From: Octopus bimaculoides
Lineage: Eukaryota
Direction: 5' to 3'
Assembly (NCBI RefSeq): GCF_001194135.2
Contig: NC_068983.1
Coordinates: 108,306,358-108,370,357, forward strand
DNA: 64,000 nt
In this document: piece by piece, positions 11,978 to 23,200 of the stretch
Numbering within the stretch: the first letter of the stretch is position 1
Layout of the letters: every line of letters begins with the position of its first letter
The notes under the pieces: model-generated
Seen by the model: only the letters and a program-made list of their open reading frames with translations
Told to the model about the DNA's origin: nothing
Databases searched by the model: none
Translations under genes and position numbers: made by a program

Positions 11978-12827
11978 TGTAAGTGTATTTATTGTGGATA
12001 CCTATACTAGAAGATTTATTTTCCTGTTTTTGAAGTTAAGCTCTTCCACCATATTGCAGTACCAGTTTCTATGAACAATTAAAACATGGTGCAATATTTA
12101 GTATAGAAGACTCATAGAATGTTCTGCCAGATAATAGCATTGCAAGTGAAATTGAATTAGATCAGGACTTTTCTCTTCACATTTGATGACTTTATGTTTG
12201 AGCACTTTAATGTCATGAAACATCATGCCAAACTACGTCATTTGAAAGTAAATACTTAGCTCTGAGGTACCTTTGAGAGTACTTAATATTTTCTCTTCTG
12301 TAAGTTTGCCAAAAATTTCAACTTATACTTTTATTGAAAACTACATGTTTTATTTATTATTTTGAAATTTATTATGGAAAATATGCAGCACAATGAATAT
12401 TTTTAGTGATGTTATATTTATCTTTTATTATTGTATTTCAAACTTCTGCTGTAAAAAGATAAGTTGGCTAGCATATCAGTATGACAAGCCTTAGTAAATT
12501 TCATCACTTATTTTTTCATTTACAACTTATTTTTTGGATAAAAATGTTTTTCTCATTCATAATGAGAAAAACATTCATGGGTATAATTATTCCAAATTAT
12601 TTGCAGTTTCAGTGAACTAACTGTAAATATGATTCATTGCTTAACTAAGTATACATGACTGTTAGAGTAGTTTCCCCATAAAGATATATATTCCTAAGGA
12701 AAGCATAGAAATAAATCAAACTTGAAGTACCTAGATAATTCAGTTTAAGCTTGTGTAATACTACTTTAAAGAGCTGGGAGATTACTGTTAGCCTGAGATC
12801 TGTTAAGCTTGTTATTTTACACCAAAA

Positions 12828-13305
12828 ATATAGAAATTAATGAAAAGGAATTTTAAAACTGGCATTTATCCTCTACATAGCATGTATTCAGATATCAAAG
12901 AGTTGAAAGTTCTACATAAATAAGTAATAATCAAGACAATATAGTCATATGAATATTTATTTCAACAAATAATGTAAATGCCTAAATTTAAAGAATCATT
13001 TAAATCATGTTCACAAATACAAACAGGAGAAATGCCAAAGAATTTCGTGTATACCTATGTCTTAGTAGATTGTTTTATACACAAATGCTTGATTGTAGCA
13101 TTACTTTAAAATCAGAAAGATTTAAGAAATGAAGTGGATATGAAAATATTCCATTGATTAAAAATTCCAAACATAGACAAGGCATTACTTTAAGCAGTTA
13201 GAGGTATTAAGTAATTAATTATTTTATTAATCTATTTAGATTATACCATTGGCTAAACCACCTAACTAGTCTTCTATCCAAAACATTAAGTATTTTCAAA
13301 ATGTT
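12828..13305 (+). repeat. ~480-bp unique segment that is the source of the copy inside the mariner (14218-14300 plus 15417-15800)
   Basis: Direct alignment by eye with only scattered substitutions. Confidence 0.9.
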
Positions 13306-13653
13306 TTACATTGTGAAGACTCGGATTAGTTACTGTATAGAATGTTACTTTTGTGGTGGACAAAAAGAAGAGAGAATTATATTGAGAGTTGAAAATGAAT
13401 TGGATTTATATAGTTGAAAATAATTGCTTCATTATTAAATTACTTCAGAGGCAGGATATTGGGTTTTACAGTTATTAATGAATGAAAGCTAACAAATGAA
13501 CTTAATAGTTTCTCTTGATATAACTAAGAACACTGGAAAATATAATATAGGTTTTCACTAAGTAGTTATGTTAGCCTTTATGACATCCAACATATGGGAA
13601 AGAAAAAAAATTCTTTTGCTGAATTAACCCAAGACCTACATGAGCTGGAAATA

Positions 13654-16500
13654 TTAGGTTGTCAAGAAAGTTCTTGTGGAATTTTAAATTTTGGTTTTAA
13701 ATGATGTATTTTCAAATTAATTTTCGTTAAATTTCTTTGACTTTATATATCATTTTAAAGACTGCTTTTCGCTTTATCTAATCGTGTTACTCCTTTTCTT
13801 TTTGAATAATTAGGCCATTTTTTCCGGAATGTTGAATACAACGTGGACAAAAAGCAAATTCGCACAAATTTCTTATTCCAGTTCAAGCTAAGCTGTAAAG
13901 CTGCTGAAACAGCTCACGATATCAACGATGCATTTAGCCCAGGAACCACTAATGAACATACAGCACAATGGTGGTTCAAGAAATTTTGTAGCAGTGACGA
14001 GAGTCTTGCAGATGATAAGCGTAGTAGTCGCCCATCAGATGGTGACAACGCTAAACTAAGAGCCTTAGTCGAAGCCAATACACGCACAACTGTTCGAGAG
14101 CTTGCTTCTGAATTAGACGTAACATATATGACAATTTCCAACCACTTGAAAGGGATTGGAAAAACAAAAATACTTGAGAAATGGATGCCACACGAATTGA
14201 ATGACAACCAAAAAAGAATATAGAAATTAATGAAAAGGAATTTTTAAACTGGCATTTATCCTCTATATAGCATGTATTCAGATATCAGAAAGTTAAAAGT
14301 AGGGATACTGGGAGCTGGCCACGGATTTGGGAAGTCTAGCAATTTTTCCACTTATAAAAACAACAAAAAGACCAGACTTAGTCATATGGAACACAGAACA
14401 GAGAATAGGAATCTTGCTAGAACTGACAGTACCATGGGAAGAAAACATCGACGATGCAGAGAAACGAAAGGAGAAGAGATATGAAAAACTAATCGAAGAG
14501 TGCAGAGAACAGGGATGGACTGTCGAGTACTACCATCTGGCAGTGGGGGCTAGAGGCTTCATTGAAAGAAAAATGACAACGCTATTCAAGAGAAGATTTG
14601 CGTTTTCANNNNNNNNNNNNNNNNNNNNNNNNNNNNNNNNNNNNNNNNNNNNNNNNNNNNNNNNNNNNNNNNNNNNNNNNNNNNNNNNNNNNNNNNNNNN
14701 NNNNNNNNNNNNNNNNNNNNNNNNNNNNNNNNNNNNNNNNNNNNNNNNNNNNNNNNNNNNNNNNNNNNNNNNNNNNNNNNNNNNNNNNNNNNNNNNNNNN
14801 NNNNNNNNNNNNNNNNNNNNNNNNNNNNNNNNNNNNNNNNNNNNNNNNNNNNNNNNNNNNNNNNNNNNNNNNNNNNNNNNNNNNNNNNNNNNNNNNNNNN
14901 NNNNNNNNNNNNNNNNNNNNNNNNNNNNNNNNNNNNNNNNNNNNNNNNNNNNNNNNNNNNNNNNNNNNNNNNNNNNNNNNNNNNNNNNNNNNNNNNNNNN
15001 NNNNNNNNNNNNNNNNNNNNNNNNNNNNNNNNNNNNNNNNNNNNNNNNNNNNNNNNNNNNNNNNNNNNNNNNNNNNNNNNNNNNNNNNNNNNNNNNNNNN
15101 NNNNNNNNNNNNNNNNNNNNNNNNNNNNNNNNNNNNNNNNNNNNNNNNNNNNNNNNNNNNNNNNNNNNNNNNNNNNNNNNNNNNNNNNNNNNNNNNNNNN
15201 NNNNNNNNNNNNNNNNNNNNNNNNNNNNNNNNNNNNNNNNNNNNNNNNNNNNNNNNNNNNNNNNNNNNNNNNNNNNNNNNNNNNNNNNNNNNNNNNNNNN
15301 NNNNNNNNNNNNNNNNNNNNNNNNNNNNNNNNNNNNNNNNNNNNNNNNNNNNNNNNNNNNNNNNNNNNNNNNNNNNNNNNNNNNNNNCAGACCACGAAAC
15401 ATGGTTGAAATTCCTCAGTAATAATCAAGACAATATAGTCATATGAATATTTATTTCAACAAATAATGTAAATGCCTAAATTTAAAGAATCATTTAAATC
15501 ATGTTCACAGAGACAAACAGGAGAAATGCCAAAGAATTTTGTGTATACCTATGTCTTAGTAGATTGTTTTATACACAAATGCTTGATTGTAGCATTACTT
15601 TAAAATCAGAAAGATTTAAGAAATGAAGTGGATATGAAAATATTCCATTGATTAAAAATTCCAAACATAGACAAGGCATTACTTTAAACAGTTAGAGGTA
15701 TTAAGTAATTAATTATTTCATTAATCTATTTAGGTTATACCACTGGCTAAATGACCTAACTAGTCTTCTATCCAAAGCATTAAGTATTTTTAAAATGTTT
15801 CTCTTCTTTTACACAACAAGAATAACCCATTTCTCGACCGGATTGTGACTTGCGAAGAAAAGTGGATTCTGTATGACAACCGGTGACAATCAGCTCAGTG
15901 GTTGGACACCGACGAAGCTCCACGGCACTTCCTGAAGGCAAAGTTGCACCAAAAGAAGGTCATGATGACTGTTTTGTGGCTTGCAGCCGGTCTCATCCAT
16001 CACAGCTTTTTGGATCCAGGCGAAGCCATTATGGTGGAGAAGCACTGTCAGTAAATGGATGAAATACATAAGAAACTATGACAATAACAGCTAGCATTGG
16101 TCAATAGAAGAGGACGAATTCTTCTCCATGACAACACTTGGCCGTACATTGCACAACTGACCCTGCAGAAGTTGAACGAACTGGGCTATGAAACTCTGGC
16201 TCATCTGCAATACTCACCAAACCTCTCGCCTACTGACTACCACTTTTTCAAGCATTTCGACAACTTCCTGTGCGAGAAATGCTTCAAAAACCAAGACGAT
16301 ACCAAACACGCCTTCAACGACTTCATCGCTACCAAAACGCAGGATTTTTATGCTACTGGCATAAATAAACTTGTTTTGCATTGGCAAAAGTGTATTGATT
16401 CTGATGGTGTTTATTTTGATTAATAAAGTTTTGACTGAGCTGAGATATGTGCATCTGAATTTAAATGTTAAAAACTGCAAGAACTTTCTTATGAAACTAA
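13654..16500 (+). mobile_element. Mariner (Hsmar1/SETMAR-like) transposon, both ends present, disrupted by nested insertions
   Basis: TIRs ttaggttgtcaagaaagttcttg and (rc) ttagtttcataagaaagttcttg with flanking TA. Transposase N-half 13843-14220 (..KWMPHELNDNQK); C-half from 15801 (FLDRIVTCEEKWILYDN, LLHDN, YSPNLSPTDYHFFK, GVYFD*) with stops. Confidence 0.95.
14301..15416 (+). mobile_element. Non-LTR retrotransposon fragment with restriction-like endonuclease (HERO-like, R2 group)
   Basis: Open reading GYWELATDL..FP..TTKRPDLVIW..ILLELTVPWEE...KRKEKRYEKL...GW...VGARGF (PD..E..K RLE motifs); the rest is in the N gap. Confidence 0.85.
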
Positions 16501-16959
16501 TATAAGGAAATGGGCTTGAATCAAAAGAATCTAGATGTTAATATGAACAGCATTATGACATAAATTAACGATCAGGGTTCATAAATTGTAAAAGTATTAT
16601 GAAAGTGACCATTCTCTGAGATTAAACAAATGCAGAGAATTTCATTAATTTTTGTCTCATCTATACTATATGAGATAGAAATACACTTGAAAAGTTTTAG
16701 TTCTAACCATAGACATTTGGACACCATTGTGATAAATTTAAAAACATACAGACCCTTCCAACCCAAGGCAAAAAAGAGAAAAAGCATTTAAACAAAAGCT
16801 GATGAATATGGTGAAGGCTGTTTGATTTTGAACCATGCTGCTATATATGAATATAGTGCAACTATCACAAATACAACAGGTCCATTGTTCATTGCCTACA
16901 TGGCATTTCTCCAGCAAAAGAGAATGTGAGAAATGCTAATGCTTCAATATTTATTATAG

Positions 16960-17023
16960 ATATTAGAAATTTTCTAGTAGTAAATGAGAACAAGCGAAAT
17001 TTCTTCAAATTAACACTGAGAAG
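16960..17023 (+). CDS. Candidate internal exon (phase 1 to 2) DIRNFLVVNENKRNFFKLTLR
   Basis: gctaat...tttattatag| acceptor, GAAG|GTATGT donor, exactly one open frame over 64 nt. Confidence 0.3.
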
Positions 17024-17254
17024 GTATGTTTTAAAAGTATTGGTCATTCATTATTCAACTAAGAAATTGATTTAGTCCACTATTTGCTATTAACATCTTA
17101 ATTGTTAATGGTACTGTTAAGGAGGAAGTAATATATTTTTGGTTACAGCAAAATCTAATGCATACAGTAGACAGCTGGGCAATTTACTTATTGTAAGCAG
17201 AAAATACTTCTAAAAAAAAAAAGACATTGTCAGAAATATGTTGACAAATATACT

Positions 17255-17256
17255 TA

Positions 17257-17295
<39 letters not shown>

Positions 17296-17511
17296 TTTTA
17301 CACAGACACACACTTGCACACACACACATACACACACACACACATGTATGTATGTATATAAATACATACACACACATACATATACTTTGTTGCAAAAATA
17401 GATTCACTTGAAAAATATGTGAAAGCTAATGAAAGCAAATTTAATCAATCAATCTATCTGTCTATCTGCTTGTCTAGCTAGCTAGCAAAACACACACACA
17501 CACACACACTT

Positions 17512-17555
<44 letters not shown>
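17255..17555. repeat. (TA)/(CA)/(CT) microsatellite cluster
   Basis: Direct. Confidence 0.9.
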
Positions 17556-17557
<2 letters not shown>

Positions 17558-18689
17558 CTATGCTTTTATAGTTTTCCCAGCTAATATCTTACTGTCATTT
17601 TCGACAAGAAAGATGATTTTGACTCAATGCAGAGAGTCTAAAAATTTGTATGGTGAGACTTAAAAATCTAAGGAAAAATAACAAACGCTATTAACAAGAT
17701 TATAATTTGTTAAGCTATCAAACCCCATCTTTAGAGTGTGTACAGTGTGCACTAAGCCTCCACAATAACAATATCAGAATAATGGAAAAATCCAAGCTAA
17801 TGGTATTTTTGAAAATTGTTATTAAGATATTCATGTAATTCACTAGTGATATAAATTTATAATGTTTGATAATTTTGTTTTTGCGTTTTTGCTATTTCAA
17901 AAGTGCTGGTTTTAATGTTTTGTTTGTGTTTTGCTAACATTTCTTTTTGCAAATTTGTCAGTTAATAAAGTTGTGTTCATTATATCGTATCTCTATTTCT
18001 TATTTACTGTACTCCATTTTATTTATGTCATAATAATTAAAAAGATTTTTTTCTTGAGAGACAATGGAAAATTTACAAAGATGGCATCTCAAATCCTAAG
18101 GAGGTGGTTATTTGGAAAGTTTATTGTATTTATAGTATTTATAACTACACTATGTTTATTTTGTTTGGATCTTTATCATCATCAGGTGACTTATTCTAAA
18201 ATATTTCTGATTGGATTCAAACAAAGCACCTTTAACTTTTGTCTGAAACTCCAAGATAAGAAATTATTATACTCTGACTTATTTGGAGTAATGACCTAAT
18301 CTTAGTTGCTATAGCTACATGTTTTGACCATTTTTACCTTCTGCCATCTTTAGGTACCACTCTTATTTGGTAACATTTCTAGAATTTTGAACTAAATTCA
18401 ATTCATCACATTCGTGGGGTAAATTATTCTCATGTTCAGAATAATCTTGTATTAGTTTTTGTTATATTTGTGATGCTATTTGCTCTTTATCATTGAATTA
18501 AAGTATATAAATAAATTTACTGATTCAAGAATTGAACTCACCCCCTCCAGGCTAACTGCAATACTTACCTTGAGAGTATATATACATGTTAAACAAAGGA
18601 GCAAGCAGCATCACAAGTAGGATAATAAGTAATGAGAACAGTCTGCTTACAAGGTCTAGCTCCTCTACTCCAGCCCTTCTTGCATAGTT

Positions 18690-18950
18690 TATCCCCTCAC
18701 CTCCTAGGATAAAACTGCCTTTCTTGGGGTTATAGTCTTTCAAACTACATGGCAACCTCCCTTGCATTAGTGGCATGAAAACAAAGTACCCAGCACATTC
18801 AAGTGGCTGGTGTTGGGAAGGGCATCCAACCATAGAAACCATGCCAAAGTAGACAATGGAATATAATTAGTCCTTGGGCCTGCTGGATCCTGCCAAACCA
18901 CCCAACTCATACCAACCTTGAATATGGATATCAAATGAAGGTGATGATGT

Positions 18951-18978
<28 letters not shown>
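18690..18978 (+). mobile_element. RTE LINE 3' tail copy with (GAT)n
   Basis: ggaagggcatccaaccatagaaaccatgcc ... (gat)n. Confidence 0.75.
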
Positions 18979-18981
<3 letters not shown>

Positions 18982-19345
18982 ACTGAATATAAAATGTAAC
19001 TGCAATATAATTGTATCAAATAAAATAACTATATCCTTCTCCCACCAAAATTGATGTAATGTCTAATGGAAATTAGAGCCACATTTTCAATAAATTATTT
19101 CTTGATTAATAAGAAGAATTATCCTTACTCAAAAGAAATTCTTCTGTAGCATATTTAAATAGCACCCAAGTGTAATATGTTACTTGGTAAACATAGAAAA
19201 GGAATTGTAATTAAAGAATAAGTATGAATTAAAAATAATCTTGGATGAAAAAAAAAAAATTACAGAATTCTTCTCAAAACAACTGAATACATTTGCAGCA
19301 CAATACTATGCTTAAAATGAATTACAGTAAGCAGTATCTCAGAAT

Positions 19346-19735
19346 AGTGGAGGCGCAATGGACCAGTGGTTAGGGCAGCAGACTCGAGGTCATAGGATCG
19401 CGGTTTCAATTCCCAGACTGGGCGCTGTGTGTGTGTGTGTTTATTGAGCAAAAACACCTAAAGCTCCACAAGGCTCCGGTAGGGGATGGTGGCGAACCCT
19501 GCTGTACTCTTTCACCACAACTTTCTCTCACTCTTACTTCCTGTTCCTGTTGTGCCTGTATTTCAAAGGGTCAGCCTTGTCACACTGTGTCACGCTGAAT
19601 ATCCACGAGAACTACGTTAAGGGTACACGTCTGTGGAGTGCTCAGCCATTTGCACGTTAATTTCACGAGCAGGCTGTTCCGTTGATCAGATCAACTGTAA
19701 CCCTCGACGTCGTAAGCGACGGAGTGCCAACAACA
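19346..19735 (+). mobile_element. Full-length tRNA-derived SINE family C with 10-bp TSD
   Basis: A-box-like tggaccagtggttaggg, B-box-like ggtttcaattcc, CpG-rich body, (CAA)n tail; TSD atctcagaat at 19336-19345 and 19736-19745. Confidence 0.9.
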
Positions 19736-19799
19736 ATCTCAGAATGACAAAATCTATCTTTGGGTAAACAGAGTTCTAAAATTCAAATTCCAATCATCA

Positions 19800-20270
19800 T
19801 CATCCCCATCATCATCATCATCATCATCATTTAATGTCCATTTTCTATGCAGGCATGAGTGGGATGGTTTGACAGGAGTTGGCCAGCTGGGGAGCTGTCC
19901 AGACTCCAGTTGTTTGTTTCAGGATGGTTCTATGGCTGGATGCACTTCCTGATGCTAACCACTTTACAGAATTTATTGGAAGCTTTTTATGTGCCATCAG
20001 CATGGGTACATTTACACAGCTCCATCACAAGTGCATATTATGAGGCACCGGCATAAGTGCACTTAATGCAGAACTGGCAAGATCGCATTTTAAATGTTAC
20101 CAGCATGATTGCATCCTATGTGGCACCAACATGAATGCAATCTTACGTGACACTGGCACCTGCAAAGGATATGCCTCTATGTATAGACGACCATGATTTT
20201 ATTTTGCTTGATGTGTTTTCACAAATATAACAAATCGCCACAACTCCCAGTCCCACATCATCTCCTCATC
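19800..20270 (-). mobile_element. RTE LINE 3' tail/UTR copy (reverse)
   Basis: (ATC)n followed by catttaatgtcc...catgagtgggatggtttgacagg and degenerate 3'UTR subrepeats. Confidence 0.7.
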
Positions 20271-23200
20271 CAAATTTGTATATTAGTAAAGATTAATGGC
20301 TTCTGTTTTCATTGGAAGTAACATAGTTCCTGTCATTATATCGCATTACTTTTTCCATTGTTCTGTTTATAACGTTAAAACAAAACTTTAGTTGAATGTG
20401 AAAATATAAGATAATACCTATTTTTATGTTAATATTTTATCTTATTTTGTACATGTAGTATGTCTTTGGCTTATGGTTTGGTCTAGTCATGAGCAGAGGA
20501 ATATACCATCCTTGAGATTGGTGAAACAAATTGCAACAAACAAATATAAGCATGAAAAAACAGGGGCATAGAAACCAATGCTTGATTTCTATGATAGCAC
20601 AAGAACTATGATGGCACAAGAACTGTCACAAAGTTGAAATAAAATAATCCCAAGTTAGATTACTTCTTCATCAACTTTATGCATGCATGGAAATAATTAT
20701 TGGAAACCTTGTAACTTAATTTGATGTCTTCTAGATGATCAGTTTCAGTAATTATCTATAAATCTTTAAAGTGCATATTGATAAGTGTAATTGCTCACCT
20801 TGAACTGTTGAACCAGCATTCAGTATGTGTAACGTGTAAAAATGTAAGCATGTGATTGATATTGACTGGCTCCTATAACATTTCATTCACTAAAACTAGA
20901 CCACCATTTTGATCTTTTAAACTAAGGGTAAATCAGTATTTTTTAAACTTTTTAAGGGAAAAGCAGCACAGAGTAGGGCAGGCTCAAAAATCAATGCTCA
21001 TCACAGACATTAAAGGCTGGAAATCTCTGCTAATTAAGATGTGCTTCCATGAAAAGCACTACATGAAGTATACATGTTCATTAGTTGTTATCAACATAGT
21101 GTGACATATACAATGTATCTCATATCTGAAATAATTGGAAGCTTAAAGAAATATTTTACAGGCTCTGCAGTAATTTCATACTATCACAAGTGGATATAAA
21201 TGAACGAGTGATATAACACTAAAAGGCTATTAACAAATTTTTGCTTTCAAATTACAAACTCTGTAAACTCCAGAGAGGCTACATTTTAAAAACACCATCT
21301 CAATGATAATGGTTATTTCAGATTTTCATGTTAAAGAATACAATGGTGTCAAACTGTCATTAATAGGATGTTGACATACTGACAGAAGTGTTATTGCTAG
21401 TGAAGTGTCTTGGATCAAGACACAGTACAATGATGTGGTAAAGTTCAATTCTATAAGATATAGCAACATTGTATAACAGGAAAATGCATTGGTAATCCTC
21501 TTTGATGTCATTAGAACTTCAAGAGATTGATACACTCTATAAAGGCAATGATCTTAAGTGATTCTCCAGCGACTCCATCAGTAGTGGTACTGATATAATT
21601 CTTCTAAAGGGTTCAAAAGGACAATTTAAACAAAGAAGTGTTTCCGAGGACATTTACAGCATCAATTAAAATTTAACAAGATTGAGAAATTCAGTGAAAT
21701 AATGTACTTGTCCATCTCAAACTTCAGAAACAACAACAAACAAACTAATATCCCTTCTTTTTATTGATTTAAAATATTATTTTCAAAACTGGACAAAATA
21801 TATTCTCAATATCTGATCCAGTTGTACAGTATTATGAAACTATTTCTAAAATGACTAACAATGCAGCAGCTATGCCTTCAAATGATACATAATATCCATC
21901 CTCTTCCTCCTCCTCATGATCATCACTTCTATGACAACTTCATTTTGGTATCTAAGTATAAAAGGGCATTTATAACTGATCTTTAAAATATTTTCTAACA
22001 AAGTGTAGGGTTGTATTATCAGGCAGCAATATTCCTAATCAGAGAAATTGATATGTACATTAGCAAACAAAATAACAGAGTTGAGATATTGTCTACCAAT
22101 AAATTTTATTATCTGATATTTTCTGGGCCTGGTTTAACTTTATTATGAGACCTAACAAACAAATAAACTGTTATTTTTATGATAGCATTCTGATGAAATG
22201 GAGATGAGCTAGAAATGAGTCGAGTTTGTTTGTTTTCTACAATTAATAATCTACATGAATTTCATAAACTGTTATTTTATTATAGGTAAGCATGCCTTCC
22301 TTCTATTTGATACCATAAAATCCTGATAAAATAATATCTATGGGCGTTTGAAAGAAATGTATATGTATGTACTCACACACACACACACACGCACACACAC
22401 ACACACACATTAACTTTTTCTCTTGGTAGAGTAACAATTTTACTTTTATTGTCCAAATTTGACTTTTATAGGCAACAGTACGTCTGATATCGAGTAAACA
22501 ACATTGTTAAAACATCACAAAATCAAAGAGAGGAGAAATGCTGCATAAGAATTTCTATTTGGCTTTAAATCATTACATACATATATTCATCAAACATTAT
22601 TACGTCCCTCACATGTATAATGACATATGCACATCGGTATCTGAACAACCCAAATTATGAAAAAGAACAAAGTTATAATTTTGATAAATACTTTTCATTG
22701 TAGATATGAAGAGAAAAGCCAAGTTCTAGAAAGGCTTTTTCACATTGAGAATTGAATTTTGTATTTCTTAATGGCATTTGTTGAATTCCATCTGGATAAG
22801 TGAATAATTGAATCTGTTTTGATACTAATTACCACAAATGTGTTCCCTACCACATTACTAATGGCTAATTGGTCAGCATTAATGTATCAAGCAAGCATTT
22901 ACTCTCTTACTACTTTTCTTCAGAATAAGATAATTCTTTCATTATGCATAGAGTAATACACAGAACTGATATTTAATACTAGAATGTCAACCTCAGTTGT
23001 TATAGTGGTCTGTATTCATTATAGATATAATTTAGCAGAACCTGAGAATTAATAGAGATTGGGAGACAGATTAATGATTTACTATATTTAAAATCAGGAT
23101 CTTACTAGTATAAGTTCAGACTGCTTTTTTTTTTTTTAATTCCCCAAGGCTTGATAAAATAAGATTTGCGAGTTAATTTCACTGAGCTAATTTTGTACCT

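Noticed and set aside
17931-18299. 122-aa hydrophobic ORF
   Set aside because: TTG start, F/I/L-rich composition expected from T-rich DNA, and no splice or homology support.
18561-18570. atacttacct, identical to the U1 snRNA 5' end
   Set aside because: The following sequence is not U1. It is simply a consensus donor (CAAG|GTAAGTAT) on the minus strand with no convincing upstream exon.
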